This document shows, piece after piece, positions 1 to 9,527 of a DNA stretch of 32,000 nucleotides (the first letter of the stretch is position 1; every line of letters begins with the position of its first letter). The notes beneath the pieces are model-generated. The model saw only the letters and a program-made list of their open reading frames with translations, was not told the origin of the DNA and did not search any database. Source of the DNA: an uncultured Thiobacillus sp. (GTDB taxonomy: Bacteria > Pseudomonadota > Gammaproteobacteria > Burkholderiales > Thiobacillaceae); contig CAYXMQ010000002.1 of assembly GCA_964466195.1 (NCBI GenBank), forward strand, positions 140,401 through 172,400, given 5' to 3'. The translations under genes were made by a program, and so were the position numbers.

Positions 1-622
1 CACCCAGCAAGCGCGCCGAGCGGGCGACGATGAACGCGAGCTCTTCCGGCGTGTAGAACTCCAGACGGGCGACGATACCGAACCGGTCGCGCAGCGGATT
101 GGTCAGCATGCCGGCGCGCGTGGTCGCACCGATCAGCGTGAAGGGCGGCAGATCCAGCTTGACCGAACGCGCAGCCGGCCCCTCGCCGATCATGATGTCG
201 AGCTGATAATCCTCCAGCGCCGGATACAGGATTTCCTCCACCACCGGGCTCAAGCGATGGATTTCATCGATAAACAGCACATCATTGGGTTCCAGATTGG
301 TCAGCAGCGCGGCCAGATCGCCGGCGCGCTCCAGTACCGGCCCCGAGGTCGAACGCAGATTGACGCCCATTTCGCGGGAAATGATGTGTGCCAACGTGGT
401 CTTGCCCAAGCCGGGCGGACCGAACAACAGCACGTGATCCAGCGCCTCGCCACGCTGTTTCGCCGCGGTGATGAAAATGTCCAACTGCTCCCGCGCGCGC
501 GCCTGGCCGACGTATTCAGACAAACGTTGCGGCCGCAAAGCGCGTTCGAACGCCTCTTCTTCGCGTGAAGCGGGTGCGGGAGCGATCAGGCGGTCGGGAA
601 TGAGGCGGTCGGGTTCCAGCAT
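1..622 (-). CDS. ruvB: Holliday junction branch migration helicase RuvB (N-terminal part; C-terminus lies beyond the left edge)
   Basis: My reverse-strand translation from ATG at 622-620 gives [12 protein letters not shown]...[91 protein letters not shown]...[22 protein letters not shown]. This has Walker A (GPPGLGKT), Walker B (DVLFIDEIH) and sensor motifs typical of RuvB. It is absent from the ORF track because it runs off the window. Confidence 0.93.
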   Translation of the reverse strand, partial: MLEPDRLIPDRLIAPAPASREEEAFERALRPQRLSEYVGQARAREQLDIFITAAKQRGEALDHVLLFGPPGLGKTTLAHIISREMGVNLRSTSGPVLERAGDLAALLTNLEPNDVLFIDEIHRLSPVVEEILYPALEDYQLDIMIGEGPAARSVKLDLPPFTLIGATTRAGMLTNPLRDRFGIVARLEFYTPEELAFIVARSARLLG

Positions 623-642
623 GGCGGTAGGCTACGTCCTGT

Positions 643-1224
643 TTACTTCCTGGCCAGCAGTTTCAATGCCTGGCGTATCGAATCTTCCAGGCTCAGTCCT
701 TCGGGCAATTGTTTCAGCGCCGGCAGCGCTTCTTTATCCGAATAACCCAATGCCAGCAACGCGCCCAACGCATCATGCGTCACGCCGGCACCGGCCGAGA
801 CGCCGCCCGCCGTCGGCAAGGCATCGGCCAGCCGGCCTTTCAATTCGAGCAACAAGCGTTCCGCCGTTTTCTTGCCGATGCCCGGCACGCGCGTCAATTG
901 GCCGGCATCCTGCAGCACGATGCACTGGGCCAGGTCGTCCGCGCTCATGCCGGACAACACCGACAAGGCCAGCTTGGGGCCGACGCCAGAAATCCGGATG
1001 AGTTCGCGAAACGCCGCGCGCTCTTTCTGGCTAAGAAAACCATAAAGCTGCTGGGCATCCTCGCGCACGACGAAATGCGTCACCAAGGTGACGCGCTCGC
1101 CGATGGCCGGCAGGTTGTAGAAACTGCTCATCGGCACATCGATTTCATAACCGACGCCGGCGACATCCAGCAGCACCTGGGGCGGATGCTTTTCCAGCAG
1201 CGTGCCGCTAAGGCGCCCGATCAT
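643..1224 (-). CDS. ruvA: Holliday junction DNA helicase subunit RuvA
   Basis: Inside ORF 643..1461(-). The RuvA-like sequence starts at internal [35 protein letters not shown]... with HhH motifs ([22 protein letters not shown]). ATG at 1224-1222 overlaps the stop of the upstream gene (ATGA). Confidence 0.94.
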   Translation of the reverse strand: MIGRLSGTLLEKHPPQVLLDVAGVGYEIDVPMSSFYNLPAIGERVTLVTHFVVREDAQQLYGFLSQKERAAFRELIRISGVGPKLALSVLSGMSADDLAQCIVLQDAGQLTRVPGIGKKTAERLLLELKGRLADALPTAGGVSAGAGVTHDALGALLALGYSDKEALPALKQLPEGLSLEDSIRQALKLLARK

Positions 1225-2186
1225 GCGAGCAGCGTCCAGGCCAGCGCAGCAGCCAGCAAGGCCGGTTGCAAGTGGGCCGCAAGGATGGCCAGCCGCACCG
1301 CCGGCGCCAGTTTGCTCGGCTCCGCGGCATGTGCGCTCAACACCTGGCCGGCCTTGACGGCAGGCACGGCGGCAAGCAGCGAAATCCACGCCAGCGCAGG
1401 CAGACGCTCGCTCGCCAGCAGCCCGATCAGCGCCGCCGCCGCTAACGCCAGAATCAGCCAATAACCGCGCACCGCGGCGGCGGGCTCAAGCCGCGCCACC
1501 CAATGCCGCTTGCCGGCCTGCAGATCGGCGCGACGGTCGGGAAACTGATTGATATAGAGGATGTTGGTGACCAGCAAGGCATAAGGCAGGCCGATCAGCC
1601 AGGGCGTACTGGAGACGACGCCGCGCTGCACGAAATCCGCGCCGGCGACGATCAGCAAAAACCCCGCTGCGACACAAATCTCGCCCAGGCCGCGGCTATT
1701 CAGTTTCAAAGGCGGCGCGGAATAAGCCCAGCCAATCAACAATCCAGCCAGCCCGATCCAGAACAGAGCGATTCCGCGCGTCGCGATCAACCCCAGGCCG
1801 CCGGCAATCACCCCGGCAAACAGCAGCAGCGCATAGACCTGCATCTGGCGCGGCGACATGACGCCGTTCTGGATGAAGCGCGAGCCGCCGGTAAACGGGA
1901 ACAGGCGGTCCACATTGGCGGCGTCGCTGCCGTTGAGATGATCGTAATAATCGTTGAACACGTTGACGCCCGCTTGCGCCGCCACGGCCAGAAACAAAGT
2001 CGACAACGCCAACGGCCAGGAAAAGGCGCTTTCCAGCGCAGTGGCGAAACCCAGCAGGCAGCCGGCCAGCGCTATCGTCAAAAAAGCCGGCCGCGTCGCC
2101 AGCAAGTAGCGCTTGACCGGATTGCTCAAGGCCACCGGCGTCGGCTCCAGCGGATTGTCTATCGGTGCAGCGGCCACCTTGTTCAC
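1221..2186 (-). CDS. UbiA-superfamily (MenA-like) membrane prenyltransferase
   Basis: 321-aa polytopic membrane protein with an [11 protein letters not shown] motif (NxxxDxxxD) and a second [14 protein letters not shown] motif, as in UbiA/MenA prenyltransferases. GTG start overlaps the ruvC stop (GTGA) and its stop overlaps the ruvA start. Confidence 0.82.
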   Translation of the reverse strand: MNKVAAAPIDNPLEPTPVALSNPVKRYLLATRPAFLTIALAGCLLGFATALESAFSWPLALSTLFLAVAAQAGVNVFNDYYDHLNGSDAANVDRLFPFTGGSRFIQNGVMSPRQMQVYALLLFAGVIAGGLGLIATRGIALFWIGLAGLLIGWAYSAPPLKLNSRGLGEICVAAGFLLIVAGADFVQRGVVSSTPWLIGLPYALLVTNILYINQFPDRRADLQAGKRHWVARLEPAAAVRGYWLILALAAAALIGLLASERLPALAWISLLAAVPAVKAGQVLSAHAAEPSKLAPAVRLAILAAHLQPALLAAALAWTLLA

Positions 2187-2713
2187 AACATTCTTCCCGC
2201 GCGGCGGCGGCGGCCGGCATTGCCCAGGCTGCCAAACTCACCCGCCAGCCCCATGCCGCCGTGCGCATGGCAAATTGCGCAAGCGAGCGCATCGGCCGAG
2301 TCCGCGCGCGGCTCGGCGGGCAGGTTCAACAGCCGCTTCACCATATGCATCACTTGCTCCTTTTCGGCATGCCCATTGCCCACTACCGCCTGCTTGACCT
2401 GTAACGCCGTGTATTCGAACACCGACTGGCCAGCCGCAGTCAGCGCCGCGATCGCCGCGCCGCGCGCCTGGCCGAGCAATAGCGTGGATTGCGGATTGAC
2501 GTTGACGAAGACCTTTTCGATCACGCTGACATCCGGCCGAAACTGCGCCAGCACCTCGCTGACGCCATCGAAAATGATCTTGATGCGGCCGGGGAGCTCG
2601 CCGGTCTGCGTACGCACGACGCCGCTCGCGACATAGGTCAACTGTTGGCCCGCCTTGTCGATGACCCCGTAGCCGGTGATGCGCAGGCCGGGGTCGATGC
2701 CGAGTAGCCTCAC
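2183..2713 (-). CDS. ruvC: Crossover junction endodeoxyribonuclease RuvC
   Basis: ORF 2183..2827(-). The RuvC-like sequence begins at GTG 2713 (M)[19 protein letters not shown]..., with [13 protein letters not shown] near the C-terminus. The upstream part of the ORF overlaps yebC and is not conserved-looking. Confidence 0.9.
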   Translation of the reverse strand: MRLLGIDPGLRITGYGVIDKAGQQLTYVASGVVRTQTGELPGRIKIIFDGVSEVLAQFRPDVSVIEKVFVNVNPQSTLLLGQARGAAIAALTAAGQSVFEYTALQVKQAVVGNGHAEKEQVMHMVKRLLNLPAEPRADSADALACAICHAHGGMGLAGEFGSLGNAGRRRRAGRML

Positions 2714-2723
2714 GCAAATACGC

Positions 2724-3452
2724 TCACTCGGGCAAGATCGCCGAGATATAGACGTCCTGCACGTCGTCGAGGTCGTCCAGCATGTCGAGCATCTTCTGGA
2801 ATTTGACCGCGTCGTCGCCGGCCACATCGGTTTCGTTCAAGGCCTTCATCACGACGCCATCCATCGCCGGCTTGAAGCCGGCTTTTTCCAGCGCCTCCTT
2901 GACGGTTGCGAAGTCGCCGGTGGGCGCGGTAATGATTTCGATGGAACCGTCCTCATTGCTGATCACGTCCTCGGCGCCGGCCTCCAGCGCCACCTCCATG
3001 ACCTGATCTTCGTTGGCGCCCGGCGCCAGGATGATCTGGCCGCAATGCTTGAACTGGAAGACGACCGAACCATCGGTGCCCAGGTTGCCGCCGCATTTCG
3101 AGAAGGCGTGGCGCACATCGGCCACGGTACGCACGCGGTTGTCGGTCAGGCAATCGACGATCACCGCGGCGCCGCCGGGGCCGTAGCCCTCATAGCGAAT
3201 CTCTTCATAGCTGACGCCCTCCAGCTCGCCGGTGCCTTTCTTGACCGCCCGTTCGATATTGTCGTTCGGCATGTTCTCCGACTTGGCCTTGTCGATGGCG
3301 ACGCGCAAGCGCGGATTGAAGCTCGCATCGCCGCCGCCCATCTTCGCCGCCACGGTGATTTCCTTGGCGTATCTGGAGAATATCTTGCCCCGCTTTTCAT
3401 CCTGACGCCCCTTACGGTGCTGGATGTTTGCCCATTTGGAATGTCCGGCCAT
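2724..3452 (-). CDS. yebC: YebC/PmpR family DNA-binding transcriptional regulator
   Basis: 242 aa starting [32 protein letters not shown]..., the hallmark YebC N-terminus. Sits upstream of ruvC as in many bacteria. Confidence 0.93.
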   Translation of the reverse strand: MAGHSKWANIQHRKGRQDEKRGKIFSRYAKEITVAAKMGGGDASFNPRLRVAIDKAKSENMPNDNIERAVKKGTGELEGVSYEEIRYEGYGPGGAAVIVDCLTDNRVRTVADVRHAFSKCGGNLGTDGSVVFQFKHCGQIILAPGANEDQVMEVALEAGAEDVISNEDGSIEIITAPTGDFATVKEALEKAGFKPAMDGVVMKALNETDVAGDDAVKFQKMLDMLDDLDDVQDVYISAILPE

Positions 3453-3587
3453 GATCGCTACCCGCTACGAAAAATGGCCGGATTTTACACTGCGGCGCGC
3501 GCGCCCAACTGGCCGACCCTGTGTTGTGGTTCATTGTTGCGGCGTATCTTAGGCTTTTAGAATGCGGCATCTCAAAGAGGACCTGCC

Positions 3588-5114
3588 ATGACTCAGCCCA
3601 TGCTTATCGCCAAGAACGACTCGACCGAGATCGTCCTGCTGCCCGCCATGGCCAACCGCCATGGACTGATTACCGGCGCGACCGGCACCGGCAAGACCGT
3701 CACGCTGCAAACCCTGGCCGAACATTTTTCATCGATCGGCGTGCCCTGTTTCATGTCTGACGTGAAAGGCGACCTGTCCGGCATTTCGCAAGCCGGCGGC
3801 GGCAACCCGAAAGTCGCCGAGCGCATCGCCAAGCTCGGGCTGCAGGATCATCAATACCAGGCTTTTCCGGTCACCTTCTGGGACGCCTTCGGCGGCGGCG
3901 AAGACAGCATGGGCCATCCCGTGCGCACCACGATTTCCGACATGGGGCCGTTGCTGCTGGCGCGCATGCTGGAACTGAACGAAACCCAGGCCGGCGTGCT
4001 GAACTTGATCTTCAAGGTCGCCGACGACAACGGCCTGCTGTTGCTCGACCTGAAAGACCTGCGCGCCATGCTGCAATATGTCGGCGAAAACGCGAAGAAC
4101 TTCACCACCGAGTACGGCAACATCTCCGCCGCCAGCGTCGGCGCCATTCAGCGCGGCCTGCTCAGCCTGGAAACCCAAGGCGGAGACAAATTGTTCGGCG
4201 AGCCGATGCTGAACATCGCCGACCTGATGCAAACCGACCAAGGCAAGGGCGTCATCAACATCCTTGCCGCCGACAAGCTGATGCAGGCGCCGAAGATGTA
4301 CGCCACGCTGCTGCTCTGGTTGCTGTCCGAACTGTTCGAAAACCTGCCGGAAGCCGGCGATCTCGACAAGCCCAAGCTGGTGTTCTTCTTCGACGAAGCG
4401 CATCTGTTGTTCAACGACGCGCCCGACGCGCTGGTCGACAAGATCGAACAGGTCGTGCGGCTGATCCGCTCGAAAGGCGTCGGCGTCTATTTCGTCACCC
4501 AGAACCCCACCGACGTGCCGGACAAGGTGCTGTCACAGCTCGGCAACCGCGTGCAGCACGCCTTGCGCGCCTTCTCGCCGCGCGACCAGAAAGCCGTCAA
4601 GGCCGCCGCCGAAACCATGCGCGACAACAGCGATCTGGACGAAACGGCGGCCATTACCGAACTGGGCGTCGGCGAGGCGCTGGTGTCCTGCCTGGATGAA
4701 AAGGGCCGCCCCAGCGTCGTGGAACGCGCTTTCATCATCCCCCCCGGCGGCCAGATCGGCCCGATCGAGGCAAGCAAGCGCCGGCAACTGATGCAAACCT
4801 CGCTGGTCGCCGGCGTCTACGAAAAAACCGTGGACCAGGAGTCCGCTTACGAAATCCTCAAGGCGCGCGCTGCGGAAAGCGCGCAACAAGCGGAAGCCGC
4901 ATCGCAAGCCAAAGCACAGGCCGAAGCTCCGGCCAGCGGCGGCATCGGCGGCATGCTGGGCGACCTGTTCGGCGGCGCGAGCGGCGCCGGCGGGAGAAGA
5001 CGTGAAGGGGTCGTCGAGGCGCTTGCCAAGAGCGCCGCCCGTTCCGTCGGCAGCCAGGTTGGCCGCGCCATCATCCGCGGCGTATTGGGTTCATTGCTGG
5101 GCGGCAAGCGATGA
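3588..5114 (+). CDS. DUF853 / YjgR-like HerA-FtsK-type NTPase
   Basis: 508 aa with Walker A ([12 protein letters not shown]), Walker B-like (LVFFFDEAH) and a glycine/alanine-rich basic C-terminal tail. Overall resembles the YjgR (DUF853) family. Confidence 0.82.
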   Translation: MTQPMLIAKNDSTEIVLLPAMANRHGLITGATGTGKTVTLQTLAEHFSSIGVPCFMSDVKGDLSGISQAGGGNPKVAERIAKLGLQDHQYQAFPVTFWDAFGGGEDSMGHPVRTTISDMGPLLLARMLELNETQAGVLNLIFKVADDNGLLLLDLKDLRAMLQYVGENAKNFTTEYGNISAASVGAIQRGLLSLETQGGDKLFGEPMLNIADLMQTDQGKGVINILAADKLMQAPKMYATLLLWLLSELFENLPEAGDLDKPKLVFFFDEAHLLFNDAPDALVDKIEQVVRLIRSKGVGVYFVTQNPTDVPDKVLSQLGNRVQHALRAFSPRDQKAVKAAAETMRDNSDLDETAAITELGVGEALVSCLDEKGRPSVVERAFIIPPGGQIGPIEASKRRQLMQTSLVAGVYEKTVDQESAYEILKARAAESAQQAEAASQAKAQAEAPASGGIGGMLGDLFGGASGAGGRRREGVVEALAKSAARSVGSQVGRAIIRGVLGSLLGGKR

Positions 5115-5746
5115 ACAAAACCGTCCTCGACAGCGCCCATTTCGACAGCAAAGCGCGCCAGTGGGACGAAAACCCGGTGTTCCGGGCGCGCGCCGACAAG
5201 ATCGCCGCCGCCATTCAGGCCGCCGTACCGCTGAATCGGTCGATGCGCGCACTGGATTACGGCAGCGGCAGCGGCATGCTCAGCTTTCCGCTGCGAGCCC
5301 GCCTCGGCCATATCACGTTGAAGGACACCTCAGCCGGCATGCTGTCGGTCGCGGCGGAAAAAATCGCCGTCTGGGGCATCAACAACATGACCACGCGGCT
5401 GATGGACCTCACCGCCGCGGCGTTGCCGGATGAGCGTTACGACCTGATCTATTCGTCAATGACGCTGCATCACATCCCGGACACCGACGCCATTCTGAAG
5501 ACATTCCATGCGCTGCTGAACCCCGGCGGCTGGCTGTGCATCGCCGACCTGGACCGGGAAGACGGTTCTTTTCACGGCAGCCATGTCGATGTCCATCACG
5601 GCTTCGAACGGAGCGCCCTGGCAGCGCGCGCCGTTCAGGCCGGATTCGGCGAGCCCGATTTCAACACGGTGTTCGAGATCAGCAAGGAATCGGAAAGCGG
5701 CACTCGAGCCTACCCGGTATTTCTGATGTTGGCGCGCCGCAACTGA
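5111..5746 (+). CDS. Class I SAM-dependent methyltransferase
   Basis: 211 aa with SAM motif I ([12 protein letters not shown]), [10 protein letters not shown] and [15 protein letters not shown] overlap with the upstream NTPase gene. Confidence 0.8.
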   Translation: MNKTVLDSAHFDSKARQWDENPVFRARADKIAAAIQAAVPLNRSMRALDYGSGSGMLSFPLRARLGHITLKDTSAGMLSVAAEKIAVWGINNMTTRLMDLTAAALPDERYDLIYSSMTLHHIPDTDAILKTFHALLNPGGWLCIADLDREDGSFHGSHVDVHHGFERSALAARAVQAGFGEPDFNTVFEISKESESGTRAYPVFLMLARRN

Positions 5747-5756
5747 AAAGCCGCCT

Positions 5757-6113
5757 TCAAATCCGCGAGCCGCGCTCGACGATGATGCCCAGCTCCTTCA
5801 CGCCGCGCAGGATCGCCAGCTTGCGCACCGCAACCCGAACCCAGGGCGCACCGAATTCACGCCGGACGATATCGGCGATCAATTCGCCCAGCGTCTCCAC
5901 CAGACGAATCTCGCGCGTCGCCACCACTTCCTGGATGCGGGCGGCGACTTTGCCGTAGTCGATGGTATCCGCCACATCGTCGGTATGGCCGGCCTTGTGG
6001 TCGTAAAGGCCGATCTCGATATCGAGCATCACCGGCTGCGGCGCTTTGCGCTCCCATTCGTACAGCCCGATAATCGTTTCGAGGCGGAAATCCCGCAAAA
6101 AGAGTATGTCCAT
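5757..6113 (-). CDS. folB: Dihydroneopterin aldolase
   Basis: 118 aa, MDILFLRDFRLETIIGLYEWERKAPQPVMLDIEI... is typical FolB. Divergent from plsY as in E. coli. Confidence 0.9.
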   Translation of the reverse strand: MDILFLRDFRLETIIGLYEWERKAPQPVMLDIEIGLYDHKAGHTDDVADTIDYGKVAARIQEVVATREIRLVETLGELIADIVRREFGAPWVRVAVRKLAILRGVKELGIIVERGSRI

Positions 6114-6179
6114 GTCAATCCAGACTATCCAAAGCCGCTTGCTGAAAAAGCGCGGATTCTACGTAGATAATGTACGCAC

Positions 6180-6794
6180 ATGATTGAATCCGCACTTCTT
6201 TTGATCACCGCCTACTTGTTCGGCTCAGTTTCCTTCGCCATTCTGGTCGCACGCTTTTATGGCCTGCCGGATCCGCGCAGCCACGGTTCCGGCAATCCGG
6301 GCGCGACCAATATGCTGCGTACCGGCATGAAATCCGCCGCCGCGCTGACCCTGTTCGGTGACGCCTTGAAGGGCTATCTGGCGGTGATATTGGCGCAATG
6401 GGTCACCGCCGATTACGGCTTGCCGGCTTACATTCCCTATCTGGCGGCGCTCGCCGCCTTCTTGGGCCATTTGTACCCGGTGTTCTTCGGCTTCAAGGGC
6501 GGCAAGGGCGTCGCCACCGCTCTGGGCGTTTTGCTGGCGCTGGACCTGCGCCTGGGCGGACTGACCATCCTGACCTGGAGCGTGGTGTTCGCCATTACCC
6601 GGGTTTCCTCGCTTTCCGCACTGGTCGCCGCGTCGCTGGCCCCGGTCTACGGCTATTACCTGCTGGGACCAGGGCCAGAATCCCGCTTCCTGGCCGGCAT
6701 TCTGGCCGTACTGTCGCTGCTGGTACTGGCGCGCCATCGCAGCAACATCCGCAAACTGATTTCCGGTGAAGAGTCCGCGTTCAAGAAACGCTGA
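6180..6794 (+). CDS. plsY: Glycerol-3-phosphate acyltransferase PlsY
   Basis: 204-aa membrane protein with GSGNPGATN and FKGGKGVAT motifs. Confidence 0.93.
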   Translation: MIESALLLITAYLFGSVSFAILVARFYGLPDPRSHGSGNPGATNMLRTGMKSAAALTLFGDALKGYLAVILAQWVTADYGLPAYIPYLAALAAFLGHLYPVFFGFKGGKGVATALGVLLALDLRLGGLTILTWSVVFAITRVSSLSALVAASLAPVYGYYLLGPGPESRFLAGILAVLSLLVLARHRSNIRKLISGEESAFKKR

Positions 6795-6808
6795 GGAGAC
6801 ATCCCGTC

Positions 6809-7585
6809 ATGTTTGAAAAAACCATCGACTACGCTCGCGGCAGCCTCGCCGCGGCCTCGGAATCCGCGATTGAAAAGGCGGGCGACAAACTGGGCGAGGT
6901 GGTGCGCATCGGCGTCAATCAGGCCGGCGATGAGATGCGCGAGGTCGTCGCCGGAGCCAGCAAGGCGATCGACGAGAAATTGGACAAGATTTCGCTGGAA
7001 CTGCACAGCCAGCGCCAGTTCACCAAAGACGATGTACGCGAACTGGTCGACTATGCCGGCGACAAGCTGTCGCTGGTGCTGGATGAGCGCATCGCCGTGA
7101 TGAGCCGGGAAATCACCCAGCTGGTGGAGGAAAAAACCGAGTATTTCAAAACCGAGATCGACGATTTCTTCATCAAGCGGCAGATGGATCTGGCGCGCGA
7201 ACGGCGTCGACTGCTGCTCAATATCGTGTTGGCGACCGGTGCGGCGCTGGGCGTCGGCGCGGTTTCCTTGTTCTACCAGGGCATCCGCGAGTGGGATCTG
7301 CTCACCGTTTTCCGCGTAGTCCTGGCCTCGCTGGCCGGCGGTTATAGCGTCTGGTTGGTACTGAGCATGCTGCGCGGCTGGCTGCGCATGAGCGAACACC
7401 GCAAGGACATGGTGTTTCTGGCGGCGCGCTACTGGGGCTGGCTGCGCCCGGCCAGCATCTTTTCCACGTTATTGATACTGGCTGTTCTGGTCCTGCTGTC
7501 GCTCGCGCTGGCCTTCCCGAACGAGGCGTTGAAACTGATCGGCCAGCCCATTCTGATCCCGGGCGCCGTCAAGCCGGGTGGCTAA
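6809..7585 (+). CDS. Hypothetical protein with a coiled-coil-like N-terminal half and a multi-TM C-terminal half
   Basis: 258-aa ORF with host-like codon bias. Charged helical N-terminus, then 3-4 hydrophobic segments ([60 protein letters not shown]). I recognise no family. Confidence 0.55.
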   Translation: MFEKTIDYARGSLAAASESAIEKAGDKLGEVVRIGVNQAGDEMREVVAGASKAIDEKLDKISLELHSQRQFTKDDVRELVDYAGDKLSLVLDERIAVMSREITQLVEEKTEYFKTEIDDFFIKRQMDLARERRRLLLNIVLATGAALGVGAVSLFYQGIREWDLLTVFRVVLASLAGGYSVWLVLSMLRGWLRMSEHRKDMVFLAARYWGWLRPASIFSTLLILAVLVLLSLALAFPNEALKLIGQPILIPGAVKPGG

Positions 7586-8582
7586 GCTCGCCCAGCGCCC
7601 AGCGCGGACGCACGCCAAAACGCCCGTCCGCCGGCGGCTGGGCCGCGCTTAAGCGGAGCGCGCCGGCAAACGCGATCATCGCGCCGTTATCGGTACACAG
7701 CTCCAGCGGCGGATAAAATACGGCGAAACGGCGCTGTCGGGCTTCGGCATCGAGGCGCTCGCGCAGGGCGCGATTGGCGCCGACGCCGCCCGCCACAACC
7801 AGCCGTAGCAATCCCGTTTGTTTCAGCGCAGCAACGCATTTGGCGGCGAGCACCTCGACCACGGCAACCTGGAATGCCGCGGCAATATCGGCGCGCGCAC
7901 TTTCACCTTCTTTCTTGCTCAGCGTCAGCACCGCCGTTTTGAGACCCGAGAAGCTGAAATCGAGATCACCGGAATTCAACATCGGGCGCGGCAGCCGGAA
8001 ACGATAAGCCTGCCCGCCATCGGCCAGCCCGGACAAAGCCGGCCCGCCCGGGTAACCGAGGCCGAGCAGTTGCGCGGTCTTGTCGAACGCCTCGCCGGCG
8101 GCATCGTCCACGGTTTCGCCGAGCAACTCGTAGCGCCCCACGCCACCCACACGCATCAACTGGGTATGCCCGCCCGACACCAGCAAAGCCACGAAAGGGA
8201 ATTCCGGCCGTGGATTGGCTAGCAAAGGAGACAGCAGATGGCCTTCAAGGTGATGCACGCCGATGGCCGGAACACCCAACGCGGCCGCCAGCGCATTGGC
8301 GAAGCTGGCGCCGACCAGCAAGGCGCCGGCCAAACCCGGACCCTGCGTGTACGCGACGGCATCAAGATCGGCGAGCGTCAGGCCCGCCTGCTGCATAACG
8401 CCGCGCGTCAACGGAATCACCCGCCGAATATGGTCGCGCGAAGCCAGTTCCGGCACGACGCCGCCATAATCCGCATGCATCGCGATCTGGCTGTGGATGG
8501 CATGCGCCAACAGCCCCGCTTCCGTGTCGTAAACGGCAAGCCCGGTTTCATCACAGGACGATTCAACACCCAAAATTTTCAT
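7569..8582 (-). CDS. tsaD: tRNA N6-adenosine threonylcarbamoyltransferase TsaD
   Basis: Within ORF 7569..8615(-). Conserved start [19 protein letters not shown]... at ATG 8582, with HHLEGHL and GGVGAN motifs. Confidence 0.93.
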   Translation of the reverse strand: MKILGVESSCDETGLAVYDTEAGLLAHAIHSQIAMHADYGGVVPELASRDHIRRVIPLTRGVMQQAGLTLADLDAVAYTQGPGLAGALLVGASFANALAAALGVPAIGVHHLEGHLLSPLLANPRPEFPFVALLVSGGHTQLMRVGGVGRYELLGETVDDAAGEAFDKTAQLLGLGYPGGPALSGLADGGQAYRFRLPRPMLNSGDLDFSFSGLKTAVLTLSKKEGESARADIAAAFQVAVVEVLAAKCVAALKQTGLLRLVVAGGVGANRALRERLDAEARQRRFAVFYPPLELCTDNGAMIAFAGALRLSAAQPPADGRFGVRPRWALGELSHPA

Positions 8583-8642
8583 GGCAAGGCCCGATGCGCT
8601 GATGCTGTAAGGCAAAAAACAAGCCGCTGATTGTAATTCTTA

Positions 8643-8672
8643 TTGAAACCGGCTCGGGTAGTGAGATAGAAT
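8643..8672 (+). promoter_or_regulatory. Candidate sigma70 promoter for rpsU operon (TTGAAA-18 nt-TAGAAT)
   Basis: TTGAAA at 8643-8648 and TAGAAT at 8667-8672, about 58 nt upstream of the rpsU ATG. Sequence match only. Confidence 0.4.
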
Positions 8673-8729
8673 CCGGCACCCTTTTTAGTCTCCCTACCGA
8701 TTAACCAAGCAAGTAGCCAGGAACGATAC

Positions 8730-8942
8730 ATGCCCAGCGTTCGCGTCAAAGAAAACGAGCCGTTCGAAGTAGCCATGCGCCGCTTCAAGCGCACCATTGA
8801 AAAAATTGGTCTGCTGACCGACTTGCGTGCCCGTGAGTTCTACGAAAAACCCACCATGGAACGCAAGCGCAAGGCCGCTGCGGCGGTGAAGCGCCAGCAA
8901 AAGCGGCTGCGCAGCCAGACGCTGCCGCCCAAGATGTATTGA
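8730..8942 (+). CDS. rpsU: 30S ribosomal protein S21
   Basis: 70 aa, [42 protein letters not shown]. Confidence 0.96.
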   Translation: MPSVRVKENEPFEVAMRRFKRTIEKIGLLTDLRAREFYEKPTMERKRKAAAAVKRQQKRLRSQTLPPKMY

Positions 8943-8964
8943 TCGGCTGCTGCTGACTTTTACG

Positions 8965-8995
8965 GGCCTGATCTTTCAGGCCCGTTTGCATTTTG
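8965..8995 (+). terminator. Hairpin plus T-rich tail after rpsU (attenuator/terminator)
   Basis: GGGCCTGA-TCTT-TCAGGCCC (8965-8984) followed by GTTTGCATTTT. An internal terminator after rpsU is known in the E. coli macromolecular synthesis operon. Confidence 0.5.
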
Positions 8996-9036
8996 GCCGC
9001 ATTCATTGCTGCACCGCCCTGCAACCGAGGAAAGCC

Positions 9037-9480
9037 ATGACACTCAAACAGCAAATCAGCGATGACATGAAGACCGCGATGCGCGCCAAGGACAGCGCCC
9101 GTCTTGGCGCCGTGCGGCTGTTGCTCGCAGCGATCAAGCAAAAGGAAGTCGATGAGCGCGTTGAGCTGGATGACGCCGCCGTCATCGCCATCGTCGAAAA
9201 GCTGCTCAAGCAACGCAAGGACTCGGCCACGCAATACCAGGCGGCTGGCCGCATGGACCTGGCCGATCAGGAAAACTACGAAATTGGCGTACTCGGCGCC
9301 TACATGCCGCAAGCCTTGAGCACCGACGAAGTCAGCGCCCTGGTCAAGCAAGCGGTGGCCGAAACCGGCGCCGCTTCGGCGCGCGACATGGGCAAGGTCA
9401 TCGCCTGGCTGAAGCCGAAGCTGGCTGGCCGGGCCGACATGGCTGCCGTCTCGGGTCTGGTCAAAAGCGCACTGGCCTGA
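9037..9480 (+). CDS. yqeY: GatB/YqeY domain-containing protein
   Basis: Inside ORF 8986..9480. ATG 9037 is preceded by GAGGA. MTLKQQISDDMKTAMRAKDSARLGAVRLLLAAIKQKEVDE is typical YqeY. Confidence 0.85.
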   Translation: MTLKQQISDDMKTAMRAKDSARLGAVRLLLAAIKQKEVDERVELDDAAVIAIVEKLLKQRKDSATQYQAAGRMDLADQENYEIGVLGAYMPQALSTDEVSALVKQAVAETGAASARDMGKVIAWLKPKLAGRADMAAVSGLVKSALA

Positions 9481-9527
9481 GTGCGCAACGGGTCCATGCC
9501 CGGACGCGCTGACAGAATTGGCCGGCC

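Noticed and set aside
468-1464. Plus-strand ORFs 468-1001 and 709-1464 overlapping ruvB and ruvA.
   Set aside because: These are antisense or alternative frames of clearly identified ruvA and ruvB. The products are Arg/Pro/Ala-rich artefacts.
6114-6179. Promoter boxes in the folB/plsY divergent region.
   Set aside because: I found TTGCTG and GATAAT-like hexamers, but the spacing (about 21 nt) does not fit sigma70. This is not supportable from sequence alone.
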